Source: Octopus vulgaris
Lineage: Eukaryota
Assembly: GCA_951406725.2 (NCBI GenBank)
Contig: OX597815.1
Span: forward strand, 129,208,001-129,272,000
Reading direction: 5' to 3'
DNA length: 64,000 nt
The translations under genes were made by a program, and so were the position numbers. The first letter of the stretch is position 1. Every line of letters starts with the position of its first letter. Below are positions 49,234 through 62,192 of the stretch, one piece after another. The notes under the pieces were generated by a model. The model was not told where the DNA came from. It saw nothing but the letters and a program-made list of their open reading frames with translations, and ran no database searches.

Positions 49234-49460
49234 TAAACGAGGGTGTGCTGAAAAGCTGAAAAGTGGCTTTAAGGGTATTGCAAAGGCCTGGTTAGAGGCC
49301 CAACATTCTGGGTTCATTTACAGGGCTTAGAATGACTGAATGACTGCAATAAGTGTGTGAATCTGAGAATGGAATATGTTGAATAAAATCATAATTAACT
49401 GACTGTTCTGTATTTTCTTTTACTTAAAACCGAGGACTTTTCAACAGTCCCTCATGTATA
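49234..49460. mobile_element. Tc1/mariner-type MITE
   Basis: TAAACGAGGGTGTGCTGAAAAG...CTTTTCAACAGTCCCTCATGTA imperfect TIRs with TA ends. Confidence 0.65.
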
Positions 49461-49640
49461 TGTATACATATACAGCAAAGTTATTTTATTCCACATGAGT
49501 AGAAATATAGGAAAAATAGAAGTTGGAAATACACTGAAAATAGTTGATATAGTTTTTATTATTATTAAAGATTTAGTCCAAAGATACAGTCCAACCCATG
49601 CTAGCATGGAAAACGGACGCTGATGATGATGATGATGATG

Positions 49641-50780
49641 ATTTAACCGGTTTCACAGTTTACACTGATTTTCAAAAATTTGAAATAGAAAGACGTGGCT
49701 TATGTTGCAGCTGTTTTGTTTCTGGCTAGTGTTTGAAGCTTGCCCTATTTTTATAGTCACATGACTGGTCTTAGAAATGTATGTAGGTTTCCCACTATGT
49801 CCATTATTCGTATCAAGTGACAATGTTCAGCATCATAAGGCTGACACAGTTGACTGAACAAGTAGAGTGGTAGTACTAAACAATCAATACTCTGAATATT
49901 TTCTGTCAAGTATCAGTAGAGCATGAATAAATGATTAAGTTTAGAACCTTCTGTATGTTCCCTGCTATGTCTGTGCATTAGTGTCAAGTGGCAAAATATT
50001 TAATGCCTAAAATGAAGGCCGACATGGTTGAGTAAACATATTTAGTTACAATCAAGGCACTCCAAATTTTATCTGTCTGGCGGAAGAGTAGACAGGAATT
50101 GTTTCTATGTAGTCCAGTGGCTAAAGTTTATGTTGTTAGCTGTGTAGGTTCCTTATGAGTTTTGTGTTTGAATAGTTATTTGTGTATGTACTTTGTTAAA
50201 GATTGTTATGTCTGGATTTTCTATGAAAGTATTCTCTTTTTTATCCGTGCTTCATCTGTAGTATTCACTGAACATAGGTAGAGTGGGAAGACCTGGAATT
50301 TGGGGGACTTATTTTTTGCACATGTCTATATGTCCACTTAGTGGAACCTGTCTAGTACTGGGGTCTCATATCTGTTGTTGGTGAATGGTCAGTCTACTTC
50401 TTAGAGTAAAGTTTGTTTGACCTATGTAATCTTCATTAAATCTTTGACATTTGAAGAACATGTAAAGTAATTTTTTATGGTAAAAATTTGTATGTTGTAA
50501 GATTGATGCAAGTCCCACAATTGGAGAAGCCACACTTTTTGACTGTTGGTGTAGGAGTTGCAGAAGGTAATTTAACACTTGTGAGGAATTTTTTGCAACA
50601 CTTTGTCATTGACTTTGATTATTTTGTATATTTTGTATGCTTGCTTCATTCTTGGGTCTTGTTTTAGTAGTGGGAGTGGGTTGTTCAGGTGGATAATATT
50701 GTAAACCTCTATATTTTGGGAGTTGTGTATTGTAAAAAGGGTAGATTACTGGATGTATCTAGAGAACTTTTCGTTTTTTG
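49641..50780 (-). mobile_element. Penelope-like element 3' part (GIY-YIG) ending in a decayed hammerhead
   Basis: C..C..C linker, then KCQRFNEDYIGQTNFTLRSRLTIHQQQI*DPSTRQVPLSGHIDMC. Terminal attt-TTGAAAA-t-cag-tgtaaa-ctg-t-GAAAC-cg-GTT-aaat at 49641-49679. Confidence 0.8.
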
Positions 50781-50814
50781 TATGTATATATATATATATC
50801 CACATATATATGGG

Positions 50815-51275
50815 AACATGTGGAAGAGATAGACCCAAGAAGACATAGGATGAAGAGGTGAGAAAGGATCGTCAGACATTGGGCTTCATAGAGGAGATGG
50901 TAAGGGACTAAGACTTCTGGCAGTTTGCTGTGCTTGAGAAGACACCAAGCTAAGTAAAATCATGACTGTCCATGCATACAGGTATGTCCTGTACATCCCT
51001 CTCTCAGCCAAGGGATCTTAGTCTTGTGGGCTCATAGGTGCTGGTGCCAGATAAAAGTACCCATGCCAATGTCATACAAAAGCATACGTGCCACTGCAGT
51101 ACATAAAAGTGCCTATGCTGTTGTCATGTAAATGCAACTGTGCCAGTGCCACATAAAAGCACCAAGTACACTCTGTAAAGTGGTTGGCATTAGGAAGGGC
51201 ATTAGCCATAGGAACCATGCTAAAACAGATAAATGAAACCTGAGCAACTTTCCGGCTGGCTAACTCTTGTTAAGC
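50815..51275 (+). mobile_element. RTE 3' end fragment with ~30-60 bp units and tail
   Basis: GR.RPKKT*DEEVRKD-like relic, then ataaaag.acc units and gtggttggcattaggaagggc. Confidence 0.75.
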
Positions 51276-51277
51276 CT

Positions 51278-52570
51278 GTTTTGATTGTGTTGTTTAACAG
51301 TGAGACAATGTTATCTGAGCAACAATAGCTGGTTTGGGCATTCATATATATAGTTTGTGGAATTTATATTACTAACTGGGAAATTTTATCTAGTAATGTT
51401 GGTCATTACATTCTTATTATATACTGGGTTAAAGTATATATGCCATGCCAGCATAGAGAACCCATGCCAACATGGAGAACGGACATTAAATGATGATGAT
51501 GATGATGATGATGATGTGTGTGTGTGTGTGTGTGGAGGCACATGGCATATACATATGGACACATATGTATATGTATTTTTTCAACAGTCTTTCCCATCCC
51601 CCTACAAGACAGTATTACAAAACTGAGGTTTTAATGAAAAAATAGATTATAAGAAGCTATTCTCATAAAATTGCAAGTCCAGAATGCAGAAATATATGCT
51701 TTAACCCGTATATAATAAGATTGTAAAGACCAACATTACTAGATAAAATTTCCCAGTTAGTAATATAAATTTCACAAACTATATATATGAATGCTAAAAC
51801 CAGCTATTGTTGCTCAGATAACATTACCTCACTGTTAAATAACACAATCAAAACAAATAACCACTGAAGTCCTACCCTTCCAGCATTTATTTCAACAACC
51901 AAATTGCAACAACAGATTCACTCAGAAATCTTAAGGCTCATTATAACACCATATGTCAATATCAAGAAAATTTAAAGGGATGCACAAAGCATACCTTTAA
52001 GAGAAGATTTAACCAGCACACATGCTCCTTTAGATCTAGAGATCTCAACATCACATCCCTATTACAAAATATCTAGAAACTGAAGGAGAGTGGAGTTAAA
52101 AACATCACTATACTAGCCTGGAGTAAAAAAGGTAATACACACCAGTACACCAACAGAGCTAAAAGATGTCCATCATGTTTATTGGAAAAAACTTTACACT
52201 TAACCCAAGATCAATGGTCATTGAACAAACATGATAAAATTTTAAGAATTACAAACATCAGCAATTTTTTTAGTTATTCCCAAAACTGATAAATAGATTG
52301 AAATTCATTAAGATTCAACAAGAATGATTTCTTGACCACAGGAAAATGGTATTGCACCATCACAAACAACAGACACTCAGTAACTGTCAACAATATAAAC
52401 AAAGGTGCTCACACCAGTACCAACTGACAATGGATCAGAGATGTTTCCTTCAACCATACTGGTTACTTTTCATTCACTTTAATATAGCTTGAATGATTCT
52501 CTTGCATAAAACTCCACATAACTATACACAAATAAACTATTATGAACACTAAGAATTACATTTCTAAACT
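51278..52570 (+). mobile_element. Penelope-like GIY-YIG fragment with a ~165 bp inverted duplication at its 5' junction
   Basis: Inverted repeat 51278-51441 / 51691-51854. Relic GCTKHTFKRRFNQHTCSFR...TSLLQNI*KLKE...RAKRCPSCLLEK. Confidence 0.75.
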
Positions 52571-52818
52571 CACACACACAAGCACGTACATGTATGTATG
52601 TATACCAACAAAAAAGTTGTTAATGTTGACAGGGACATTGAAGTTTCATCAGTGATTGACTCCTCAGTCTTCAATTTCTAAATTGTAGATGCTAGCTGGT
52701 TATATGCTTGAGTGCAATGTAATCAACTTACTACCTCCCCTACAATTGCTGGCCTTGTACCAAAATTTGAAAGCAATATTTCTGACATCTATAAAATAAA
52801 GTACAAGTCAAGTACCAG

Positions 52819-53501
52819 CAGTGGCGGCCCGTGTATAAGTACTGCGGAACTGCAGCACCCTCTATTTCCACTCAATATTATCGATAACATTCAATATAAA
52901 GAGTCCTTTTTTCTTAAATTCTTTCTTTATATTTGTACATTATATAATCTTTAAGCTTAATGTCAGTAGCCATCCCCTAGTTAATGAAAAAAATACAAAA
53001 ATCCTTGTATAGCACTGTGCGCTTCACAGTTCTAGCAACGAGGTGTTTGGTTGTTATGTGCATGCTCACATGACCAAGACAGGAAGCTGTATGCTAGGGA
53101 GAGAGAGCACTGTGGTTTATACAGTGCTGACCCTGGTGTGCTGGTGAAAGGTAGTGTTTCTTTTTGACTCTGCATGTGTTGTGCTTAAAAACATGTTTAT
53201 ATTCTTGAATGTGATAAAGTATAAAATTAGATTATTATCCTGCTTGCAGCTACAGTGTTGCTGCCAGGATTTGAAAAATAGGATAGATTTTCATCCCATA
53301 TTTTGTGATTTAGGGGAATTTGCGGCGGTGTTCAGTGAACAAATTAAATACACTAGCCGGCAGTGGCTAAAACGCAAACTGATCAAGTTTATGTATAAAT
53401 ATTCTTTTTATATGTTTCTTCCCTTTTACACAATATTAAAACAACAGCTAAAAATTTTCTGAAGCAGCACCCCAACTAATTTTACTTACAAACCACCACT
53501 G
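52819..53501. mobile_element. Non-autonomous hAT element with perfect 8 bp TSD
   Basis: TIRs CAGTGGCGG / CCACCACTG, TSD AGTACCAG at 52811-52818 and 53502-53509, subterminal GCAGCACCC at both ends. Confidence 0.88.
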
Positions 53502-54649
53502 AGTACCAGGGTCACTTTAATGAATTAACTCTTTCCTTTAAATTTCAGGCTTTGATAGAAACAACTTTTAGATGTAAAAAAGGATCACAATAGGAAAATA
53601 AACAATGGCATTTGAACATTGACAAAAGACAAGAAAAACAACTCTTTGCAAAGATTCCAGCATGAAAGTTATAGATAATATGTGGACACTAATTAAGTAT
53701 TGATTGGTGGCTGTCTAATGTTTGCCCTGTTTGTGATTGACTTTTACAAACTAAATCTCGATAGGTATTATTATTGAGGGTTTTGGACAATAAATAACTA
53801 CAGGCAGTAGTCAAAAGTGAAGTTGTTTTCATTTGCCTCTACTTAAAACATTTTAGTTTGTTTCTTTTTAATCTCTTCCAACATTTTTTTCATTGGAGTC
53901 ATAAAGAAACAGTATACTTTGTGGTGTTTCATTACATCCCCTTATGTCCTGAGTTCAAATTTCATCGAACTTTACTTCTTATTCTGCTCAAGAAAAATAT
54001 TTTTAGATCTATCATGAAGCTTAGGACTCATAAGGCTTAACTTGGTTTCTATGACACATACGTGACTCAGATTACAATACTCCCCACTGAACAAGAATCC
54101 AATCCATCAGGTTAACTTCCCAGCTATCGTTATAACTCATTAAGAGTCAAGTCAACTGGAGCAGAGTGAAATGAAGTGTTTTGCTCAAGAACACATGCCA
54201 CCAAGTCTGAGAACCTAAACCATAATTGTAAGATCACAAGTGCAACACCCTCAATACTAGGCCATGTGCCTTCACCAAAGTAAATATAAGTATCAGTTAT
54301 ATTCTGGAATCAATTCAATCCATAATATCACATCTCTCTTTGAAACCTTTGTGCCATCTGAAGGAATCATTTTCATTCATATTGTTTTCCATTAATCAAT
54401 TATGTTGTTGCGGTGATCAATCCTACTCATGATCAAAGGGTTTCTAACATGACCATCCCTAGCTTTTGTTTTTGTCAGAAACATTTATCTTTTTTGTTGT
54501 GATTCAAAAAAAGATTTGAGTGATATTGCTAATAGGTCAAACAGCAATGTAGAGTTTTCACCTTTAGTTTGTATCACTTTTGTTGTCTATTGCATAGTAT
54601 GTTGGAAAATCATCACCATCATCAATTTAGCATCCATTTATATAGGCGC

Positions 54650-55003
54650 ATGAGCGGCTGTGTGGTAAGTAGCTTGCTTACCAGCAACATGGTTCAAGGT
54701 TCAGTCCCACTGCATGGCACCTTGGGCAAGTATATTCTGCTATAGCCCTGGGCTGGCCAAAGGCTTGTGAGTGGATTTGATAGATGGAAACTGAAAGAAG
54801 CCCGTTGTATATATATATTTGTGTGAAAATATTGCTTGAAAACCGATGTTGGTGTGGTTACATCCATGTAACTTAGCAGTTCGGCAAAAGAGACCGAAAG
54901 AATAAATACTAGGCTTACAAAGAATAAGTCCTGGGGATGATTTGTTCGACTAAAGGTTCCAGTATGGTCACAGTCAAATGACTAAAACAAATAAAAGAAT
55001 AAA
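54650..55003 (+). mobile_element. Full-length tRNA-derived SINE
   Basis: Same family as 45131-45520. Confidence 0.88.
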
Positions 55004-55009
55004 TATACA

Positions 55010-56439
55010 TCTACTACATATGTGGAACATTGGTGTATGTTTGTTATTGTTGTTTGCTAACTCCTCCTACATCATTTTATTGATTGTCATGAAACTTAAC
55101 ACATGAGTAGAACTCATGTCTGGTAACATTGTGATAAACTTAGACTGTTGAAAAACATCGATAATATGGCCCCTGAAAGTGACCTTTATATCTACTTCAT
55201 ATAACTAATTTTTTTTTAAACACCCAAGGGAAATAACCCATTTCATTGTTTATGTTCAATTACTTTGAATATTGATTTTTTTTGTGTGTCCTATTTCTAA
55301 TTTTTACAGATAATATCACTTTTATACTTTATTTGACATGTAAAGTAGAACTCATGTCTGGAAACCTCATGATAGATTGTTGAAAAAAAATTGATAATAG
55401 AGACCTTCCAAGGGATCTTTCTATCTACTACATATTACTAATATCTTATTTAAACAACCCAAGGGAAATAACCCATACCACCTGCAGATTTTAGCGAAGC
55501 AATCATTATTTGATTCTCTCGATCAGCCAATCTAATTCTGCATTTCACTACTCAGTTTTGAATTGCTAAACATTATTATTGCATATTCTGTTGTGTCTGG
55601 GGATAGTCATTTTCCTTTTGTGCCTTATAATGTAACACACACACACCAGTAAAATTTCCACTTTTTTCTTATTTCTATTTTCCTAAAATTTTCGTTGCAT
55701 CTTGCAACCTTTTCAATAGTCTTGACTTTGTCTAGACAGAGTCAAGACTATTGGAAAGGTTGCAAGACGCAACAAAAAAAAGTGGAAATTTTACCGGTGA
55801 GTGTGTTACATTATAAGGCACTAAAAGAAAATGACTCTCCCCAGACACAACAGAATATGCTTCAACACATGAACTCATATAAAGAATCTTGCAAACCAAA
55901 TCCAAAAACGAAATTATTATTGCACTTCCTTAATTTTAATCTTAAACATTAAAGACTTCGTTCATACATTTCTATATGTACATACTTTTTTGAATGCCCA
56001 TTACTCCTATAATTCTGCATTTTTACAGTTACACTTTTTCCATGACAGTAGATAAAATTTTTTATTCCACAATGTAGTTATAGTGGCTTCATGCAGGCAT
56101 AGGGTGGATTCAATCCTTGATTACCAAATTTCACTTAACACTTCCACAGTGCTTTTGTCACAGTAAAACAATAGTTTTTCTGTGAATGACAGCAGTTATA
56201 CATTTCTCAGATACTTTTGCTAAGCAGAATAATGTCTTTGCCTTTCACCAACCTCCAACAATCTTTCTTGCCAACCTCCGAAAACCTCTCCCTCTTCAGC
56301 TGACAGTTTTTTGTACATTTTCGTGATGGAAAATAAACTTTTTGTAACAGTTATAACAAAATTCTTTTCTTATATCAGAGTAATAAGGTGTTTCAATAGA
56401 ATATCTTTACCTCTGGGAATAACCGGGTACATCAGCTAG
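55010..56439 (+). mobile_element. Probable non-autonomous Helitron with internal direct repeat and an inserted palindrome
   Basis: 5' a|TCTACTA, 3' ...CCGGGTACATCAGCTAG|t. Direct repeats 55100-55240 / 55337-55475. The 5' boundary is tentative. Confidence 0.5.
55581..55860. repeat. ~280 bp spacerless palindrome centred on TCTAGA
   Basis: gcatattctgttgtgtctgggga...agtcttgactttg|tctaga|cagagtcaagactattg...ccccagacacaacagaatatgc. One arm has a ~25 bp indel. Confidence 0.92.
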
Positions 56440-56603
56440 TATATATATATATATATACACACACACATATATATACTGAATAAACCTATCAATAACAAAC
56501 CTATAATGACTACTGGAAACAGCCGTAAGCCAAGTTTGTTCTAATAAAGGAAAAATATGTAATGACCATTATTTATACCTTGTCCTATATATATATATAT
56601 ATA

Positions 56604-57269
56604 TCTATATATATAAAACTCAACTTGTGAGTCTGTGTGTGTATCTGTGTGTTTAACTTCCCGGAAAATCTCCTACTAGCCAACAAATCGTAGAACCACC
56701 AAAAATAGGTCACTTAAAGTTTAGGCGAATGAAAATTGAACTGTGCTATTTCTGTTTGGAAATTCATCTCGCAAGTGCAAAAATTGATAATGTGTTTGTT
56801 TAGGCCTTATCCCATGCATTGAATAGTGAACTTTACTCAGTCAGCTGTTTGACGTGAACTGTGTTCACCATGCGTAAATTGCATGAAAAATAAAAAATCA
56901 AGATATAAAAACGAATCGCCGTAAACATTGTAGAAATTCGGCAAAGAAATGAATTTTCAGGATGTAGCCTGGAGGGTTTTTTCGTATTAATCGTTTGGAC
57001 TTTGTGAACACATACCAATTGTTTTCATAACATTTTTAACGCTTTGAATTAAATGTGACCATTTTGTGTTGAGTCTGCAGTTTGAATCACTTTAACCAAA
57101 TTTTAGCAGGCCGGATTTTTGATCATCATGATACATCGCCAGCGACTCCCTGAAACTCTCTCCTGAAATCCTCATTGAGAAATCTATTATATATATAATA
57201 ATACTTTGAATGTGACTCCTGAGAAAGAGTAAAAGTAATTATCTGATGAACGACGGGTATAACTGCTAG
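56604..57269 (+). mobile_element. Non-autonomous Helitron
   Basis: 5' a|TCTATATATATAAAA plus a short GT/GTCT tract, 3' CGACGGGTATAACTGCTAG|t. A/T insertion site, no TSD. Confidence 0.7.
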
Positions 57270-57310
57270 TATATATATATATAACATCACCATCATCATT
57301 TCAACATCCA

Positions 57311-57343
<33 letters not shown>

Positions 57344-57344
57344 C

Positions 57345-57650
57345 ATCATCATCATCATTGTCATTTAACGTCCGCTTTCCATGCTGGCATGGGTTGGACA
57401 GTTTGACTGAGGGCTGGCAAGCCAGTAGGCTGTCACAGGCTCCAATCTGATCTGGCAAAGTTTCTACAGCTGGATATCGTTCCTAACACCAACCACTCCA
57501 AAAGTGTAGTGGGTGCTTTTTACGCACCACCAGCATGAGGGTCGGTCGGGCAGTACTGGCATTAACCATGCCTAAATGGTGCTTTTTATGTACCACCAGC
57601 ATGGGAGCCAGTCAGCTGGCACTGGAACTGATCACGCTCGAATGGTTCTT
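57345..57650 (-). mobile_element. RTE-tail repeat
   Basis: catcatcat...aacgtccgctttccatgctggcatgggttgga...gtgggtgctttttac. Confidence 0.85.
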
Positions 57651-58006
57651 TATATATATATATCATCATCATCATCCTTTTAACAGCCACTTTCCTGTGC
57701 TTGCAGTGGGTCAGATGGAATTTGTTTTTGATCACAAAATGAAAGTAGAAATATTGACACCATTCAACAATGTTCAGACAGGCGGGTCGCATATATTTCA
57801 ATTTATGATCATAAAATCAATGTGGAAAATTATTGTAAGGATTCAGCATTAAAAATATTGAAACTTTGAAAAAGATTTCTAAGCTTTTGGTAAGCCTATA
57901 CTTATTCTTCATGAATGTGGAATTAAAAAAAAAAATTTCCCCAAAAAATGTTGAAATAAAAAAAAACCTTTGATTGGGTAGCAGAAATGTTTTTAAAAAC
58001 ATCCCA

Positions 58007-58618
58007 GGGTCTTTTCCTTTTGAACGGCACATGTCAACACAATTTCTAGCTAACTAAACACTTTAAAACTTCGTATACTGGTAGAATGTGTCAAAATAAA
58101 ACATTTTTTCTCTTGGCTTTCTTGAGAAAATTGTAATTCGTTTGTTTAACGTAGTTTAATTTTTCGAATTTTAACCAATCAATTGCCTCTAATTGAGCTA
58201 AAATCATTTGCTGCGTCTAAAACTGAGACAACATCCTGTCACTAACCCTAACCATCGCCCTAACCCTAAATTTTAGCCTTTCGTTTTTTTTTTCTTAACT
58301 GTTAATTTAAGGATAACAATTCAATTAAATTAATTTAACAATTAAGAAAAAAAACGAAAGGCTAAAATTTAGGGTTAGGGTTAGTGACAGGATGTTGTCT
58401 CAGTTTTAGACGCAGCAAATGATTTTAGCTCACTAGAGGCGATTCATTGGTAAAAATTCGAAAAATTAAACTAAGTTAAACAAACGAATTACAGTTTTCT
58501 CAAGAAAGCGAAGAGAAAAAATGTTTTATTTTGACACATTCTACCAGTATACGAAGTTTTAAAGTGTTTAGTTAACTAGAAATTGTGTTGACATGTGCCG
58601 TTCAAAAGGAGAAGATCC
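58007..58618. mobile_element. 612 bp foldback DNA transposon (MITE) with ~300 bp TIRs, 8 bp TSD and internal TTAGGG repeats
   Basis: GGGTCTTTTCCTTTTGAACGGCACATGTC... / ...GACATGTGCCGTTCAAAAGGAGAAGATCC, TSD ACATCCCA (57999-58006, 58619-58626), CCCTAA / TTAGGG units at 58244-58269 and 58369-58384. Confidence 0.93.
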
Positions 58619-59275
58619 ACATCCCATCGTTTTTGGGGGGCGGGGGTGTATTTATTTTTCTTTGAAAAATTTCCTTAGGTCCTTGTTTCAACAACAGATA
58701 TAATGATTTTGACAGAAAGAAAAAAGGAACTTTCAAATTTATAATCCCTGCCAGTTTTTTAGATATTAATTTCATAGGCGATATTTTGGAGAAAGTATAT
58801 CAAAACTGAAAGTATTTATTTGGTAATTTCTATAAGAAATTTATATTTTTTCTGACTGAATCACTTATAAGGCACCTAGTACACTCTGTAAAGTGGTGGT
58901 GTTAGGAAGGATTCTTACCGTAGTAACCATGCCAAAACAGACATGAAGCCCGGGCAGCTCTTCAGCAGACCAGCACCTGTCAAACCTTTTAACCAATACC
59001 AACTAGGAAAACAGACGTTAAATGATGATGTGTTTATGTTTGTATAAACACAGACGTACACACACACACAAAACACAAATATAAGCGATTCAGTCGAAAA
59101 AAGTTTTTTTAGTTAAAATTTTCTTTTACGGAAACTGCCGAAATACTTTCAAATTCTTTACAATATTTAGTTTGTTTTTTTTTTTACTGTCCAATGCTTA
59201 GGAAATTTTTTTACATCTATTTTATGATAAAAATTGAAAAATGTCTCACATAGATACATACACATCTCCCTCATC

Positions 59276-59337
<62 letters not shown>

Positions 59338-59534
59338 TATGTATGCAGGCATGCATGCACACACGAAGACAGCACAGTATAATTTTTGTTCAGTTAAATG
59401 AAATCGTTTAATCGTAAGAGGTCCACAACGACTCAACAGGTGCTACTGTCAAAAAATTATACGGAAATCAATAACCATTTTATTGTATATAAAGTTTCTA
59501 ATACACACTGTCCTGTAGCAATCATTTACAATAT

Positions 59535-59670
59535 ATCTATATATACATATGTGTGTGTGAGTATATATGTATATATATATTATATATATTTATATATATA
59601 TATATGTGTGTGTGTATATATATATATATATGTATATATGTGTGTGTGTATATATATATATATGTATATA

Positions 59671-59747
<77 letters not shown>

Positions 59748-59800
59748 GTGTGTGTGTGTGTGTGTGTATATATGTGTGTATATATATGTGTGTGTGTGTA

Positions 59801-59880
<80 letters not shown>
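59535..59880. repeat. Compound (TA)n/(TG)n microsatellite
   Basis: Direct reading. It is the source of the spurious YI/CV/TH ORFs. Confidence 0.97.
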
Positions 59881-59881
<1 letters not shown>

Positions 59882-60299
59882 TCATAAGTTATAGAGCAGT
59901 AATTAGATAAAGATAGCTATGTTTGGTGTATGGGATTACACTGGGTTTCACGTCCATAAAGCTTTGCGGCATTTCTTCAGACCCTAAGCGCTTTATGGAC
60001 GTGACCCAGGGTACCCCATGGACCGACCATAACAATCTTTAGAGCAGATACTCTAGAGTATGTTACTTTTCCGGATTTGTTTTTTTGCATACAATATATA
60101 AATACACACACACACAGTTGCAGAATATATGTATAGTGCAAATATTATGATATAGACCTCAAAACTCTGGGGGTCTATCTATCTATTTATCTACCGAGAA
60201 AAAATGTTAATTTTACGCAATGTTATTGTTAAAGTTATACCTGATGTAGGGCAGACATATGGTGAAAGGTATTCCAACCGTGACTCGGCCACCTTTTTC

Positions 60300-61920
60300 A
60301 TATCAAGTACTACATTGACCAAGTCGTCCTTCCTTTTTAGACAGGAGTGTGAATGGTGGAAGATTTGACTGCTATTTCAAGTGCGTCGAACGACCACACA
60401 GAGGCTGTGGTTAATTAATTAGTACCACATAAATGTGTATTTAAAAAAAAAACGGGGATTTAGAGATTTAAGAAAGTAACGACGTCCTATTCAGCTTTCT
60501 TCTCGCTTGATCGTCACCATCACCACCTTAACAAGTTAATAAATATTAGAACAGAGGGGAGAAATAAAGAAATATGATGAATATTTCAGATAACATGAAT
60601 TTAACAGTAATTTAATTTGGTCGTAATTATTTTGATCGGAGATATAATTACGAGGATGAGTTATGTAAAGTTTGCTGTGTTTAGGTAACAAGTGGTTGGT
60701 GAGGTATGTCAAAGTAGCAAGACGGAAGTTTAATCATATTAGATCATGTTGGAAATACAGGTTAAATAAAATGAATAAAACTAGTTAAATCTACTTACTA
60801 AGAAGATGTTTCTAATTAGATGTACATATTGTTCATCACTCGTTTACCTGATAATATTTTCCGAACACGGAAATCACAATTTCACCTTTCCTTTTTTGTT
60901 TTTTTTATCGCCTGTCGCCCAGACGATAATTACAAGATAACGTAAAAAATGTTACGATACAATATTTCGTATTTGATCAAGACGTTTAATTGATTTTCAG
61001 TCGAATACAATATTATCAATTACTAATAAAAAAATAACTTTTATTGAAATTTTTATCACAACAATTTGATTTTTCCTAGTATTTTTAGTTTATAGTGTTA
61101 TAAACTTTACTGGGTCGACAACAGTTATTTTGGTCAGATTAAATAAAAATCAAAACTTATTAATATAAAAGTATGATTTGATTATAAAGTATATTCTATG
61201 GATTTATGATACACTTTAAAATTCTAAGTGTTGGTTGATTAATAAGAAAAAAGTACGAAATAATAAAGAAGCAGACTTACCTGTATGTTATGTATCCGTG
61301 ATCAGCAACTTCGATACAACGTCTGGGTTAAGACGTGTACACACGGCATATATGCGAATGGGTCACATTAAACAAATCTTCTTCTTACTCCCCTATGACC
61401 GGAAGAGACGTGGACACACCTTATGACTCACTTTAATTTGGCGAAATTTTTATTTTCTTTAAGAACAATTAGATAATTGAACTTTCTGTGGAATTTAATT
61501 CATATACACGTTTATTTGTTGTGATTTTTTAAACATACTTTTCGTGTTTATGTTATGGATTGGTTAGTTAGAAGATATGGTTGTGATTTTATTACTGTTT
61601 GAAATATCTGAATAGTATTTTTCTAATCTTGTAAAATTTCCACTTAGCTACCAGGAAATGAATTGATAAGAAATAATATTAGATAGTGTTGAACTGATAA
61701 TTTTCCAATAAGTACTATAAAGTTAGCCTAGTGGCGGGCTTTTAGCGCCTAAGGACGTCTGCCACTGCGTATTTTCAGGGGTGAAATAACAAATGTCTAA
61801 TAGTAAGTTAATCAGAATTTCCGATCTTTTTGATTTCAGTTTTTGGAATCGAATAGTTAAGGCTTGTCCATTTACACCTTGTGACTGACGCAATTTTACA
61901 AACAGCGAAAGTTACACGAC
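60300..61920. promoter_or_regulatory. Putative promoter region (CpG-retaining, largely TE-free)
   Basis: CG dinucleotides are visibly more frequent than in the other non-repeat intron DNA. ETS-like CCGGAAG near 61399. Flanks the candidate exon 1. Confidence 0.45.
61281..61400 (-). other. Probable non-coding first exon (5' UTR) of the FN3 gene
   Basis: Perfect CAG|GTAAGT donor at 61275-61283 on the gene strand, no long ORF, unique non-repeat sequence in a CpG-retaining region. The 5' boundary is approximate. Confidence 0.55.
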
Positions 61921-61947
61921 CATATATATATATATATATATATACAC

Positions 61948-62192
61948 ATCATCATCATCGTTTAACGTCCGCTGTCCATGTTAGTATGGGTTGGACGATT
62001 TAACTGAGGACTGGCGAGCCAGTTGGCTGCCACAGGCTCCAATCTGATCTGGCAGAGTTTCTACAGCTGGATGCCCTTCCTAACGTCAACTACTCCGAAA
62101 GCGTAGTGGGTGCTTTTATGTGCCACCGGCACGAGGGCCAGTCAAGCGGTACTGGCAATGGCCATGCTCAAATGGTGTTTTTTATGTGCCAC
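61948..62192 (-). mobile_element. RTE-tail repeat
   Basis: catcatcatcgtttaacgtccgctgtccatg...ggatgcccttcctaacg. Confidence 0.85.

Noticed and set aside
58244-58384. Telomere fusion site (inverted CCCTAA/TTAGGG)
   Set aside because: Only a few units are present, and they lie within the TIRs of a TSD-flanked element.
59398-59910. Long YI/CV/TH-rich ORFs (also 41635-42870, 29245-30124, 7546-7897)
   Set aside because: These are translations of (TA)n/(TG)n/(TACA)n microsatellites that happen to lack stops.
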